A stretch of 50,463 nucleotides of DNA from a virus. Position 1 is the stretch's first letter. Each line of letters begins with the position of its first letter. A program made the translations under genes and the position numbers. The stretch lies in the UHGV virus genome UHGV-1368742; one strand, written 5' to 3'. The notes beneath the pieces were generated by a model that saw only the letters and a program-made list of their open reading frames with translations, had not been told where the DNA came from and made no database searches. Positions 7,993 through 18,642 of this stretch are shown piece after piece.

Positions 7993-9501
7993 CTATATCT
8001 TTCTTCCACTCCATGTTCCACCATTTCTAAAACCAATGTACAAATTATTTGAAACATCTATCATAATTATCACACCATCTTGTCCACCATTTGTTACAAA
8101 TACACCTTTCGAATAAACTGGTATTGCCAAACCACTTGGAAAAGGAACATTGCTGTGTGCATTAACAAAAAACGATTTATTTTCTTGTGGAAGATGGTCT
8201 ATATCTTTCGCAACAACATCTGTTTTCGAAATTTTAAGTGACAAAACATCATTCTTAACACCATCAAGTCCAGTTTCTAACTTCTTTGTATTTGCTTCAA
8301 TGTATTTAACATTAACATTGTTTTCCTCAACCTTTTTTATTGCGGTTTCTGACTTTTCTATAACATCTTTGATTCTTGAACCATATGTAAATTCTAGGTC
8401 TGTGATTTCTCTATCATCCTGTCTTGTCACTATTACATTCGTAATCTGTGCATCAATTTCCATTCTTAATTCTTCATCCGCAATCGTAACAAAATCTCCT
8501 ATGTGATAATCCTTTTTATAGGTATACTGTTTTGTTATGTCTGTAACTGTCGCTTTATATTCTTCGCTCAAATCATTGTCTTTGGCTTTTTCATCTGCCC
8601 TTTGTTTCATAAGTTCTTCATACTCTGCATCAGTTAATTTTTTGTTATCTTGTTCACTTTGGATATCCCTTGCATCAACCCACAGTTCTTTCCTATTCCA
8701 ACCTTTACGCTCTCCAAAAGTAATATCTGAATTAACATCTATGTTATACCACTTTCTGTCTGTTCCCTCTCCCTCTCCAGCAATATACACTGTATTCCTT
8801 AGTTTACTTCTATCAACTATATAATCTGTGCTTGCTATATTACTTAATGACTGAGAAAACATAACAGCACTAACCGCATTGTTTGCTCTATGTCTTGTTC
8901 TATCTTCACCAGCTCCAATTATCAATGTCCACCCATCAATGTTCTGCGGATGCTCTGTATCAATAACGACAATGTTTGGTTTTAATATAATTCTTAGTTT
9001 ATCAGCTTCTACGATTTCACTTATTTCATCCCATAATGAGCCGCCTGTCACTTGCTTATCTACTGTGCTACATATTTGTTTTAATCTTTCTTCATCTTCA
9101 AACTCAACGGCAAGTGCAATATTTCTATTGCTATCGTCTGACATTATAAGATTTTGTTTTACCAATTCTTCAATGTATTTATAACTTTTCCCCTTAAATG
9201 TAACTTGCCCTTCGATAACTCTATATTCTAACAGTTTTAGCGCAAGGCTACCTTTTATGGTAAACACTTTGCTTGTTTCACTATCACTTTCACGTTTTAC
9301 CGACTCAATAATACCAAAAACATCATCATCGAGCAGAACATAATAATTTTTTGTTTTATCCATCAAATACAAGTTTTCTTTGTCAAACATTGCGTTAATT
9401 GTGAACTTCCCTATTTCTCTCGCCTTAAACTCATACTGTGAATATTCATATTTTCGGAGAATGCCAACTATACACATTGTATCATCTAATATTGTAATCA
9501 T
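7993..9501 (-). CDS. tail-associated lysin / tail tip protein (Tal, prophage-tail endopeptidase family)
   Basis: 502 aa. Sits immediately after Dit and the tape measure protein. Size and position match the siphovirus Tal. Confidence 0.65.
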   Translation of the reverse strand: MITILDDTMCIVGILRKYEYSQYEFKAREIGKFTINAMFDKENLYLMDKTKNYYVLLDDDVFGIIESVKRESDSETSKVFTIKGSLALKLLEYRVIEGQVTFKGKSYKYIEELVKQNLIMSDDSNRNIALAVEFEDEERLKQICSTVDKQVTGGSLWDEISEIVEADKLRIILKPNIVVIDTEHPQNIDGWTLIIGAGEDRTRHRANNAVSAVMFSQSLSNIASTDYIVDRSKLRNTVYIAGEGEGTDRKWYNIDVNSDITFGERKGWNRKELWVDARDIQSEQDNKKLTDAEYEELMKQRADEKAKDNDLSEEYKATVTDITKQYTYKKDYHIGDFVTIADEELRMEIDAQITNVIVTRQDDREITDLEFTYGSRIKDVIEKSETAIKKVEENNVNVKYIEANTKKLETGLDGVKNDVLSLKISKTDVVAKDIDHLPQENKSFFVNAHSNVPFPSGLAIPVYSKGVFVTNGGQDGVIIMIDVSNNLYIGFRNGGTWSGRKI

Positions 9502-9505
9502 AATT

Positions 9506-10450
9506 CTACATCCCCCTTATATTGAAATACTGTTCTCTATATTCAAAACTAACATCCATAACACCATCACTAGGCTGTGTTTCATACGAATAATAGTTTT
9601 TTCCTATAAGAATTTTAAATAGCTTGTAACCAACTTCCATATTTCCAACAATAGAAGCTTCATCACCGCCTTGTGTGCATAATTTAACGCTTTCTTCTCC
9701 AATATTAGTGTTTATAACGATTTCATCACCAGCCGACATACTCAGAGAAGAAAATATAATTTTTGCATCTTCTGTTATACTGTTTACTTGCTGTGTTATC
9801 AGAAAATCACTAATTGCTTTCATTCGTATAATACATCCAACTGGAACATCACCATTATTTTCAATCAATAAGACTTTTTTCCTACGTTCTACTCCCATTG
9901 TTATTCCTTTTGTTTTAGGAATCGTTAATGGAAATTTGAACTTGTTTTCTGTATCAGAAAATTTAATTGTTTTTGTTCCTTTGTAGAACATTGGATTGAA
10001 GCATTCGAACTCCAAAATAAACTTACATAAAACCTCATTGTTTTCTTTATATGTGTTAGAATATTTTGGTGGTGCTGTTGGTCTTGCATCTAAATAAAAT
10101 CCATTTGCTTCAATCACAATTTCTTGATATATAGAAATCATTCTATCAAGTTCTTCCTTTTTGTCTTGTACTGCTGTTTCACAATTCTCCCAGTATTGCT
10201 CCCATGTGTTTGCCTGTTCTACATTCTTAGCAACAACATATCCTGTTATAGTCGGCTTTCTTGTTCCAACTGTTAAACCAACATAAGACTGCCCTATTTG
10301 ATAAAGCACTCTATATGCTGACATTTCTACGCTAGGTATATCCCAGTCAATTTCATCAATGATATAATAACCATCTTTTGAATCAATAACAATACTGTCT
10401 TTTGTTACGCTATTTGTTAATGTAACTTTTTTGACCATTGTTTTCACCAC
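9506..10450 (-). CDS. distal tail protein (Dit, Sipho_tail family)
   Basis: 314-aa ORF immediately downstream of the tape measure protein. Conserved synteny. Confidence 0.65.
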   Translation of the reverse strand: MVKTMVKKVTLTNSVTKDSIVIDSKDGYYIIDEIDWDIPSVEMSAYRVLYQIGQSYVGLTVGTRKPTITGYVVAKNVEQANTWEQYWENCETAVQDKKEELDRMISIYQEIVIEANGFYLDARPTAPPKYSNTYKENNEVLCKFILEFECFNPMFYKGTKTIKFSDTENKFKFPLTIPKTKGITMGVERRKKVLLIENNGDVPVGCIIRMKAISDFLITQQVNSITEDAKIIFSSLSMSAGDEIVINTNIGEESVKLCTQGGDEASIVGNMEVGYKLFKILIGKNYYSYETQPSDGVMDVSFEYREQYFNIRGM

Positions 10451-10453
10451 CTT

Positions 10454-13400
10454 TTAAAATCCTAACAGTAACTCCCTTTTTGCTTTTTTCATTTGTCTTG
10501 CATACTCATATGCGTTTGGTTTTGTATTGTAGAAATTAAATGTGTCTCCACTATTATTTTTACCTCTACTGTTATTATACTCTTCATTCTCCTGTTTTGT
10601 CAATACCCTTTCTCCTTTATGCAACTCTGCTACATATCCATTAAAAGGTACATAATCCAAACCATTTGCATGTTTACCATTTACACTCCTTGCGGCTGAC
10701 TTCGCATCATTCGCACTACTTACAACACTCTTAAAACCACTAACGATTCCACCAATAAAGCTTTTAATCGACCCAGCAAAACCGCTTACCCATCCGAGTA
10801 TACTGTTTCCTATGCTCTTTAATCCATTCCATAACTGTGACAGAATATTTCTACCAGCACTGTACATCTGACCACCTATTGCTAATATCTTGCTAGGAAT
10901 CTGTGTTACAATGTTCCAAACCTTGCTAGGTAGCTGTTGCATAAATGAAATGAATCTTGAAACAAAATTAGAAGCTGTTTGTGTTCCACTTTGTACAAGC
11001 TGTGAACCCCAAGAAACAATTTTACTCAATGTATTTGATAACCATGACCACACTCTACTAGGTAACTGTGAGAACCACTGTACTACATTTGTTAAGAAAT
11101 TAGAAGCGGCTTCTGTTCCGCTTTGTAACATACTTGAACCCCATTCAATAACTTTGTTTATTGTATCAAGCAGCCACTCCCATATTCTACTAGGTAACTG
11201 TGCGAACCATGTTACAATGTTTTCAATTATTACTGGCAATTCAGTTGTTGCCCATTCAATACAAGACTGACCAAACAAATATATATGTCCTAACATTTCA
11301 CCAATTACATAACCAATCTTGTAAGGCAATTCACTGAACCATGTTACAATCGCATTTATTGTGTTTGGTATTGTTTCATTCACAAAAGTATTAAATGCAT
11401 TCGGTATTGTTTCTGTAAAAAAACTAATCACATTATTAACAAAACCCTGTATTGCTTCAACTGCATTGTTAAATACTTCCGGAATTGTTTCTGTAAAGAA
11501 TGCTTTAACACTATCAAACGCTCCTAAAATAATTTCTGGAAGTCTGCCAAAAATATCAGATGCTTTGTCAAAAAACTCTTGAAACTTTTGTGCCGCTTCG
11601 TCAAGTCCGAACTTCTCTAATATCTTCGCTCCTATATCTCCAATAGTGCTTAGTATTGTACTTCCAATGTTTGTGAATGTTTCAATCACATTTTCAAACA
11701 ACCCTTTTATGCCATCTGCAACTTGTTCAAAATCTCCTGTAAATATTCCAATGAATATATCCATTATACTTAGAATATTATTTAACACTAATTGTATTAT
11801 ATCGACAAGCGTTGAAAATGCACCCTCAAATACCGGGGCAAATATATCACATAATGTCTCCCATGCTGTTTTAATCACATCTGTTATGCTTTCAAAATTA
11901 AAGCCTAACTCATTTATTTTACTTACAAACTCATTCGCAAAATCTGAAAATGTTTTCTTTAATTCGTTAAACGTATTTGTTATGTTATTTCTAAATTCTT
12001 CATTTGTTTTCCACAGTGTGACAAACATTGCAACCAATGTTCCAATAACTGCAACAACTCCTAAAATAGGTGCTATGGCTGAACTAAAGGTTGTTACGAT
12101 TTTTGTTATAACACTTGGTATTCCACCCATACTTGCTACTAATTCAGATTGCCCCATACTAAGAAGCTGTATTGTTTTTGTTACACTTCCGATAACTCCA
12201 CTTGCTGTTTTAACAACTGTAATTATAGTACCTATTGTACTTGCCACTTTTGATAAAATAAGCAAAACTGGCCCGATTGCGGCAATTACAAGACCCGCTT
12301 TTACGATAAAATTCTGCTGTTCTTCTGACAGCTCATTAAACTTTGTTACAAGATTTGTAAGCCACTGAATAAAGTTTCTTATGTTTGGAATCAATACATT
12401 TGATATAACAATTCCCGCACCCTCTAATGCTGATTTAAAAAGTGTTATATCACCCTTTAAATTATCAAGCTGTGTTTGTGCTTGTTTTAAGGCTGAATCA
12501 TTTGCATTTTTTAACCCCTCTTTAAAATCATTGACTTTCTCTGTTGATGAAACTGTCATTTTGTTAAACGCTTGCAAACCATATGTTGTGAATATTGTGT
12601 TTTTATATGCATTTCGTTCCTCTTCTGACATTCCACTCAACTTACCATTCAGTTCATCTACAACGTCATTGAAATCTCTAGCATTTCCTTGTGCATCATA
12701 TACCGAAACACCTAATTCATCAAGTGCTTTCTTGGCTGTACTTGTTGGAGTATACAAATCCATCATTGCTCTGTTCAATGCTGTTGCCGCTTCTTCGCCT
12801 GTTACATTTTGTTCTGCTAACCGTAACAAACTTAATGTTACGCTATCCATGTTCTGTCCATAACTCTTAGCTGTTGCGGATGAAGAAGAAAGAGCTGTTC
12901 CTAATCCTCTAACATCTGTGTTCGCCATTGTTGCTCCTTTAGCAACTAAATCTGTAACACGCTTTGCATCATCCATTCCTTTTCCAAAGCCTTTTAGTGT
13001 TCCTACAACATAAGTAGAAGAATCTGCCAAACTTAAGTTACCAGCCGCCGCAAGATTTAATACCTCTGGCAACGCTGTCATTTGCTCTTCTGCTGTCAAT
13101 CCACTCTGCGCTAATACATTTAATCCCTCTGCCGCTTGCGTTGCGCTGAACGCTGTTGTAGCACCCATATGCTGTGCGAACTTGGAAAGGTCTTGAATCT
13201 TATCTGTTGTCGTTCCCATTGTTGCGGCAACTTGTGACATAGCACTTTCAAAATCTGTTCCCGCTTTAAGTGCCGCCGCTCCTACTCCTGCAAGTGGCAA
13301 TGTTACACTCCTTGACATTGTACTTCCAACTGTAGCAAATGCACTTGAAAGTCCTTTAAACTTTTGTTCTGCTGTGGCTGATTTATCCCCAAAAACTTTT

Positions 13401-13504
13401 AGGTCATTATAAGCGGATTTAAACCCTTTTTGAAACTTACTAGAATCAAGTTCCAAGTATGCCACAGCAGTTCCCATATTAACCGCCATTTTTTCTCCTT
13501 TCAA
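10454..13504 (-). CDS. tail tape measure protein (TP901-type)
   Basis: 1016 aa. Ala/Gly-rich N-terminal TP901-family region (ATTAFSATQAAEGLNVLAQSGL...), hydrophobic central segment. Three tandem repeats of about 40 aa (W..QLPSR.W.WL...GS...QSGT..ASNF). Confidence 0.9.
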   Translation of the reverse strand: MKGEKMAVNMGTAVAYLELDSSKFQKGFKSAYNDLKVFGDKSATAEQKFKGLSSAFATVGSTMSRSVTLPLAGVGAAALKAGTDFESAMSQVAATMGTTTDKIQDLSKFAQHMGATTAFSATQAAEGLNVLAQSGLTAEEQMTALPEVLNLAAAGNLSLADSSTYVVGTLKGFGKGMDDAKRVTDLVAKGATMANTDVRGLGTALSSSSATAKSYGQNMDSVTLSLLRLAEQNVTGEEAATALNRAMMDLYTPTSTAKKALDELGVSVYDAQGNARDFNDVVDELNGKLSGMSEEERNAYKNTIFTTYGLQAFNKMTVSSTEKVNDFKEGLKNANDSALKQAQTQLDNLKGDITLFKSALEGAGIVISNVLIPNIRNFIQWLTNLVTKFNELSEEQQNFIVKAGLVIAAIGPVLLILSKVASTIGTIITVVKTASGVIGSVTKTIQLLSMGQSELVASMGGIPSVITKIVTTFSSAIAPILGVVAVIGTLVAMFVTLWKTNEEFRNNITNTFNELKKTFSDFANEFVSKINELGFNFESITDVIKTAWETLCDIFAPVFEGAFSTLVDIIQLVLNNILSIMDIFIGIFTGDFEQVADGIKGLFENVIETFTNIGSTILSTIGDIGAKILEKFGLDEAAQKFQEFFDKASDIFGRLPEIILGAFDSVKAFFTETIPEVFNNAVEAIQGFVNNVISFFTETIPNAFNTFVNETIPNTINAIVTWFSELPYKIGYVIGEMLGHIYLFGQSCIEWATTELPVIIENIVTWFAQLPSRIWEWLLDTINKVIEWGSSMLQSGTEAASNFLTNVVQWFSQLPSRVWSWLSNTLSKIVSWGSQLVQSGTQTASNFVSRFISFMQQLPSKVWNIVTQIPSKILAIGGQMYSAGRNILSQLWNGLKSIGNSILGWVSGFAGSIKSFIGGIVSGFKSVVSSANDAKSAARSVNGKHANGLDYVPFNGYVAELHKGERVLTKQENEEYNNSRGKNNSGDTFNFYNTKPNAYEYARQMKKAKRELLLGF

Positions 13505-13739
13505 ACAATACTTTGTTTATTCGTACTGTTTATAAAAATCTTTAAAATTGTTATAATGTTTTGTTTCCGCTTTTTTGTTCTGTTCTATATAATAAGGTTT
13601 TTCTCCCTCTGTTAGTCTCAATGTTAATTCACAACATGCTTCATTAAAACAAAAGGCAGTATAACTGTCCTCTATCCCTAGAACTTCACTAGGTAAACAT
13701 TTATACTGCCTTGATATTGCTAATACGCTTTCTATCTTT

Positions 13740-14156
13740 TTACTCTGTACGAAAGGATTCTAATGCTTTTACCCCCTGCTGTGAGTAATTGAAAATGAAC
13801 ATCATCTGTTCATCTGTAAGCTCAATCCCTGTACTTTTGATTTCATCATATGTTGGCTCTACAAAAGTTTCATTTGCAATCAAATCAATTACGTCATAGA
13901 TTTCTTGCATCATACTGTTTTCTTCTGTATCAAGACTACCACTCTGTACGAATAACTCATTTGTTTTAACAAGTAATGAGTTTGGAATCTTTCCCTGTTT
14001 TGCCATTCCTAAAATAGATGGTCTTTTAAGTTTTGCAACAAAAGGTTGCCCCTCCGCAAAATCTGGAAGCCTTACAATATTACCATTTGCATATTGTTTC
14101 AACTGTTCCAAACTTGTTACCTGTTCTGTTTTTGCTGTTTTTGCTGTTTTTGCCAT
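13740..14156 (-). CDS. tail assembly chaperone (gpG-like)
   Basis: 138-aa acidic protein between the tail tube protein and the tape measure protein. Starts MAKTAKTAKTEQ. Confidence 0.55.
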   Translation of the reverse strand: MAKTAKTAKTEQVTSLEQLKQYANGNIVRLPDFAEGQPFVAKLKRPSILGMAKQGKIPNSLLVKTNELFVQSGSLDTEENSMMQEIYDVIDLIANETFVEPTYDEIKSTGIELTDEQMMFIFNYSQQGVKALESFRTE

Positions 14157-14183
14157 GTTCTCATTCTCCTATCTTTTTTTGTT

Positions 14184-14816
14184 TTAATTTACTGCAAGTC
14201 CTGTTTCAAAACTATCCTCATCAGACAATGCTACAGCCTCTGTGAACTTCGGGAGTATTTTCGTATAAGACATTTTATATGGTGCCTCTCCCTCTTTTGG
14301 TGCTGAATTAATTGTATACTCTGGAACTCTAAATACATCATCCTCTGAACTCATTGCAACTGGTGTTCCTTGGCAGTTTGGATATGTGATTTTCTCATAT
14401 CTAACAATCTGACCACTTGCATCATACTGTGCGGAATAACAATCAAGCTCAAATACTTGTCCTTTATCTATACTTCCCGCAACTGGTGGTGTATATGTTA
14501 GCGTATCACCTGTTCCCTCTACTGTACCACCTTGCAGAATCTTAACAAGTTCTGGAATGAATACATTGTCTGTCATTGTAATCTGATGTCCAGTAATTGT
14601 TGTCGTTGCTGGTTTCTGTGCAATCAATCTTCCTAATTTTACAAGTTTAATTGCATCTGTTGTTTCTGTCTGCGGTTCAACTGCGATTTTATTTGCTGTA
14701 TCTACCGCAATCTCTGTTGCATTAGAATCATCACCATCAGCCATTCCTGTTCTTACAACAACAAGCGCAACATCAATGGTTGGGATTCCAACTGCTTTTT
14801 TCTGTGCTTTAGGCAT
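14184..14816 (-). CDS. major tail (tube) protein
   Basis: 210-aa ORF at the canonical position upstream of chaperone and tape measure protein. Thr/Gly-rich, beta-rich composition. Confidence 0.6.
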   Translation of the reverse strand: MPKAQKKAVGIPTIDVALVVVRTGMADGDDSNATEIAVDTANKIAVEPQTETTDAIKLVKLGRLIAQKPATTTITGHQITMTDNVFIPELVKILQGGTVEGTGDTLTYTPPVAGSIDKGQVFELDCYSAQYDASGQIVRYEKITYPNCQGTPVAMSSEDDVFRVPEYTINSAPKEGEAPYKMSYTKILPKFTEAVALSDEDSFETGLAVN

Positions 14817-14829
14817 TACTCAATTCCTC

Positions 14830-15189
14830 CTAATAATTTTCTATTTTTCTACAGCCTTGGTATTGAAATGATACCATATGTGAATTTTTATCTTTATCAT
14901 AAAAACTTGCTGTTTCATTTCCAACATACATAACAAGTGGAAATATTTGTTTCATTTTTTGTTTTGTTTCAAACATGAAACTTTCAATTCTTCCATATCT
15001 GTTTACTGGAATATATAACATAATTGTGTATAGTGGTCTTTCACTTGAAACTGTTTGTTGTTCATATGTTCCCTCCGACTTTACAACAACATATTCTTTC
15101 AAACATTCACCTTTATGTTGTGACGGATAATAAACTTCTGTTCCGTCTACCGCTATAGCATCCCTAATTTGCTCTATAATGCTTTTCAT
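14830..15189 (-). CDS. tail completion / tail terminator protein (candidate)
   Basis: 119-aa ORF between the HK97-gp10-like protein and the tail tube protein. Confidence 0.4.
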   Translation of the reverse strand: MKSIIEQIRDAIAVDGTEVYYPSQHKGECLKEYVVVKSEGTYEQQTVSSERPLYTIMLYIPVNRYGRIESFMFETKQKMKQIFPLVMYVGNETASFYDKDKNSHMVSFQYQGCRKIENY

Positions 15190-15542
15190 TTGATATACCT
15201 CAATAAATCCTTATATCCATCCAAAACTTCCTTAGAACACGCATTAACAGTTGGCTGTAAAATTGCAAATCTTCTTTCGTTACATAACTCTAAATATATA
15301 CCATAGTCAACTCCATGACCTATATATATTCTCGTTCGCATTTTTCCAATTTGTTCAACCCATCCTGTTAGCCTTTGCCTTGCATGTCCTGTTCTGTCTG
15401 TCCATGGTCTGTTCCTCTTAGCATAGTTCTGAAACTTTTTTGCACCGCTTGTTGCAAACATTTTAATTGCAATTTGCGATTTTGTTTCAGCTCTTTCTAA
15501 ATTATCTAACAACTGTTTCGCATCAATTCTAATTGTTCCCAT
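15186..15542 (-). CDS. HK97 gp10-family neck protein
   Basis: Motif NRPWTDRTGHARQRL matches the HK97-gp10-like signature. Confidence 0.55.
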   Translation of the reverse strand: MGTIRIDAKQLLDNLERAETKSQIAIKMFATSGAKKFQNYAKRNRPWTDRTGHARQRLTGWVEQIGKMRTRIYIGHGVDYGIYLELCNERRFAILQPTVNACSKEVLDGYKDLLRYIK

Positions 15543-15909
15543 TTAACACCAACTCCATTGATATATCACAAACAATGTTAAACTCTTGTATATTATTTTT
15601 CTCAATAATCTTATAAGTGTTTTCATTTATTTGTATCATATCTCCATTTTTAATCAGAACAGAATCATCATATGCAACCATTAATTTCGGCTGTCCTTTT
15701 GAATGTGTTTTAGAACCATCTGAAACGCTTTTTGTTATATACCCCTTTTCTATATGAAACAATCCTTGTACTTCTGTTATGCTCTGCTGTTCATCTGTAT
15801 CTTCTCCATAGTTGTTTAATATTGTTCTTTTAACTTCATAGCTTCTGCCATGTGTTTTTATCTCTCGTTTTACTTTGTTTAGTTCTATCTGTAACATTTT
15901 CTCATTCAT
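15529..15909 (-). CDS. head closure / head-tail adaptor protein
   Basis: 126-aa ORF in connector-gene synteny. Confidence 0.45.
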   Translation of the reverse strand: MNEKMLQIELNKVKREIKTHGRSYEVKRTILNNYGEDTDEQQSITEVQGLFHIEKGYITKSVSDGSKTHSKGQPKLMVAYDDSVLIKNGDMIQINENTYKIIEKNNIQEFNIVCDISMELVLNGNN

Positions 15910-16154
15910 CTTAGCACCCCACTGTTTACAGAAACAAAATGGGATGCAAGCATCTTGAAATAACTAGAACTGTCTTTCGTGGTCAAACCACTTACATCCA
16001 ACCCTGTTACTTCTGCTTTGATTATTAATCCATCATAGCTTGCTTTTCTAACATCACCGTTATTTTTTTCTAATAGATATTGCAATTCATCTACTTCAAA
16101 ATATGGTGCTTGTTTTTCTCTCAAGTTGAATTTTAACTGTTCTAAATTATCCAT
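15906..16154 (-). CDS. head-tail connector protein (gp6/gp15-like candidate)
   Basis: 82-aa ORF. Placed by synteny only. Confidence 0.4.
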   Translation of the reverse strand: MDNLEQLKFNLREKQAPYFEVDELQYLLEKNNGDVRKASYDGLIIKAEVTGLDVSGLTTKDSSSYFKMLASHFVSVNSGVLR

Positions 16155-16175
16155 CTACTCACCTCCCACATTTGT

Positions 16176-16478
16176 TTACATCTTACTCTGTTGGATTGCT
16201 TTCTGAATAATCTGTCTTGCTTCTCTTACATTTTTAGCTTTTGAAGTATCAATGTTATGTTTTGTTGCATACTCCGCAAGCTGTTCTTTGTTCATTTCAG
16301 AAATCGGAATTGTATCGACTGAATCATCTTCTTCAATCTGTTCATCTTCCACAATATCATCAATGTTTTGTTTTGTTTCGTCAACAATAACATAACCATT
16401 CTTTTTGAACATTGTCTCATACGAATTGCGACTTACCTTAACAGTATGCTCACCTTTCATAATATTAACCATTGCCAT
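16176..16478 (-). CDS. hypothetical head-module protein with C-terminal SAP-like motif
   Basis: C-terminus MNKEQLAEYATKHNIDTSKAKNVREARQIIQKA resembles a SAP/Rho-N motif. Acidic centre. Confidence 0.4.
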   Translation of the reverse strand: MAMVNIMKGEHTVKVSRNSYETMFKKNGYVIVDETKQNIDDIVEDEQIEEDDSVDTIPISEMNKEQLAEYATKHNIDTSKAKNVREARQIIQKAIQQSKM

Positions 16479-16491
16479 GTTTATTCCTCCC

Positions 16492-17526
16492 TTACGCTAC
16501 TACATCAAGAATATATACTTGGTCTGCTGTTGGGAAGTCTGGCAGACAAATCATTGTAACTTTTGTTTCTACGTTTACTGGGTCTGCCTTTGTCATTGTT
16601 GTAACTGCTACTCCTGTATCTGTGATTGAAACATTTGCAACATTGCTTGACATAAGGTCTGACTCTTCTGGTGTTGTACCAAACCATGTGTTTCCAAGTT
16701 TTCCTGTTGGGAACATAACAAAAACATCTTCTGGAACATATCTTTGAACTGTCCCATCCTCGTCTTTAAATCGTTTATCATTTGTAACAACATCAATTCC
16801 GAATTCGTCTTTAATGAACTGTTTAGCTTTTGCATCTGAAATAAAACCAACACCATTCGTCATTACATAGATTGATTTCTTAATTTCTGTATTTGCTCTG
16901 ATGTACCCAAGCACCTTGGAAGAACATATTGCTCTCTCAGGTGTTACACCAGTATCATCGACAATCTTTGTGATACCAGCTCTGATATCATCAAGAATTG
17001 TTGCTGATGGGTCACTCCAACTCTTTTTTACTGTTACTTTATGGCTTTCATCTACACCATAATCATACTCATAAACCTGTCCATTTCCTTTCATGGAAAT
17101 TGTACCCGTTGTGAGCATCATCATTCTCATACGCTCACGCTGTGCGGAAGCACCCTCAAGAAGTTCAACCTCGTCTGCAAAGATTCTATTCACAATAGCA
17201 TCAATATATGCTTGGTTTCCACTCTCAATGATTTTGTTAAGTTCCTGTCTTAATTCTTCATCAATATATTTGGACTCTTTAAAGAATGGCATATCTGCAC
17301 TTAACTTCTCAAATCCAATTCTCGGTCTTGGAATAGCCTGTACATCAAAAGCTGATGCTTTCAGAACTACTGGAAGTCCATTAGAACCTTTCAGCCATTT
17401 CAGTGTAAGTCCGAGCTTCTTATCATTTGGGAAAAGTTCCTCTCCTAAATATGGCTCTCTGTCCTGTTGTAACAATTCCCAGTATGATGTAATTTCAGAA
17501 CTAATAATAAGGTCATAAATTGTCAT
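16492..17526 (-). CDS. major capsid protein
   Basis: 344-aa ORF between the decoration/scaffold genes and the connectors. Position and size fit a major capsid protein. Confidence 0.65.
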   Translation of the reverse strand: MTIYDLIISSEITSYWELLQQDREPYLGEELFPNDKKLGLTLKWLKGSNGLPVVLKASAFDVQAIPRPRIGFEKLSADMPFFKESKYIDEELRQELNKIIESGNQAYIDAIVNRIFADEVELLEGASAQRERMRMMMLTTGTISMKGNGQVYEYDYGVDESHKVTVKKSWSDPSATILDDIRAGITKIVDDTGVTPERAICSSKVLGYIRANTEIKKSIYVMTNGVGFISDAKAKQFIKDEFGIDVVTNDKRFKDEDGTVQRYVPEDVFVMFPTGKLGNTWFGTTPEESDLMSSNVANVSITDTGVAVTTMTKADPVNVETKVTMICLPDFPTADQVYILDVVA

Positions 17527-17551
17527 GTTTTGTTTTCCTCCTATTTCTTAA

Positions 17552-17956
17552 TTAGCAAGCAACGAATTTAATCATTGGCATTGCCGCTTTTACTGTGTCT
17601 GTAAGTTTTGCTTTTGTTGTTGCGTCAATTCTGTTTGTGTTTACAAATCCGAACAAAAGTAATGTTCCATTTGCATCCCCTGTTGTAACATCAACATCAT
17701 GTAACAGAACTCCTACTGCGTTAGATGCTTCTGTAGAACTACCCGCTGTTGCCGCTGTGAATGCTGTTGTTCTTGCATCAAGATTTCCTGTGAGTGGTGT
17801 TCCAGCTTTAACAACTTTCTTTGTTCCCTCTGCAACTCCGAGTGCCTTACTTACTACAACACCCATAGAAACTTGATGTTCTACTGCAAAAAGAATCTGA
17901 TTTGTATTTCCATATGTTTCTTTTCTAACTCCTGTTTGATTTAACATTTGTTTCAC
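17552..17956 (-). CDS. head decoration protein (candidate)
   Basis: 134-aa Ala/Thr/Gly/Val-rich protein between scaffold and capsid genes. Confidence 0.4.
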   Translation of the reverse strand: MKQMLNQTGVRKETYGNTNQILFAVEHQVSMGVVVSKALGVAEGTKKVVKAGTPLTGNLDARTTAFTAATAGSSTEASNAVGVLLHDVDVTTGDANGTLLLFGFVNTNRIDATTKAKLTDTVKAAMPMIKFVAC

Positions 17957-17962
17957 TCTCCT

Positions 17963-18637
17963 TTATTTAAAATAATGGCTCTTTACTGCTTTTCTTCCAG
18001 CAAGTAATCTTTCAGCCATTGTCCCAGCATACTTTGAATCTCCATTGTTTGATTCTCCGTTTGTATTCTGTTTGTTTTGCTCTGTTGCTTTCTTAACTCT
18101 TGAACGTGTTACTGTTCCTTTTTTATTTGTTTCATCTTCCTCACCAATAGCAAAATAAATCTTTCCATTTGTGCTGTCTTTCATTTCTGCAATTACAGCG
18201 TTAATGTCTTTATCTTTTGTTACTTTTGCTTTTGCGACAATAACTAAATCATCCACAAGCTCTGGTTTTGCTCCTAACTGAATAGCTGACAATTTTGCTT
18301 CTGCGATAACCCTTGCTTCACGCTCATCAACAAGCTCTTTTGTTGTTGCTGTTAATGCATCGTCCTTTTTCTGTAAATCCGTTTTGTTTGCTTCTTCATC
18401 TTCTTTCGCTTTCTTAACAATCGCTTGCAATGAATCTGAATTTTCAACTCCTAAAGATTTAAGATATTCAGCAATCGCATCGCCTTTTACTTTTTCAACA
18501 TCAACATTATTATTCTGCTGTGTATTTGTCTGCTGATTTGTGTTATTGTTCTGCTGTGAATTGTTATTATTTGCATTGTTCTGCTGTGAATTCTGTTCTC
18601 CGTTTGTTCCATTTGTGTTTGTATTTGTTTCTGACAT
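17963..18637 (-). CDS. scaffolding protein
   Basis: Asn/Gln-rich low-complexity N-terminus, then a charged alpha-helical region (DUF4355-like). Directly upstream of the decoration and capsid genes. Confidence 0.65.
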   Translation of the reverse strand: MSETNTNTNGTNGEQNSQQNNANNNNSQQNNNTNQQTNTQQNNNVDVEKVKGDAIAEYLKSLGVENSDSLQAIVKKAKEDEEANKTDLQKKDDALTATTKELVDEREARVIAEAKLSAIQLGAKPELVDDLVIVAKAKVTKDKDINAVIAEMKDSTNGKIYFAIGEEDETNKKGTVTRSRVKKATEQNKQNTNGESNNGDSKYAGTMAERLLAGRKAVKSHYFK

Positions 18638-18642
18638 TTGTT

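Noticed and set aside
10890-11270. DNA-level tandem repeats that might be mistaken for a CRISPR or satellite array
   Set aside because: They encode the three ~40-aa repeats of the tape measure protein, in frame. There are no spacer-like unique units and no cas genes.
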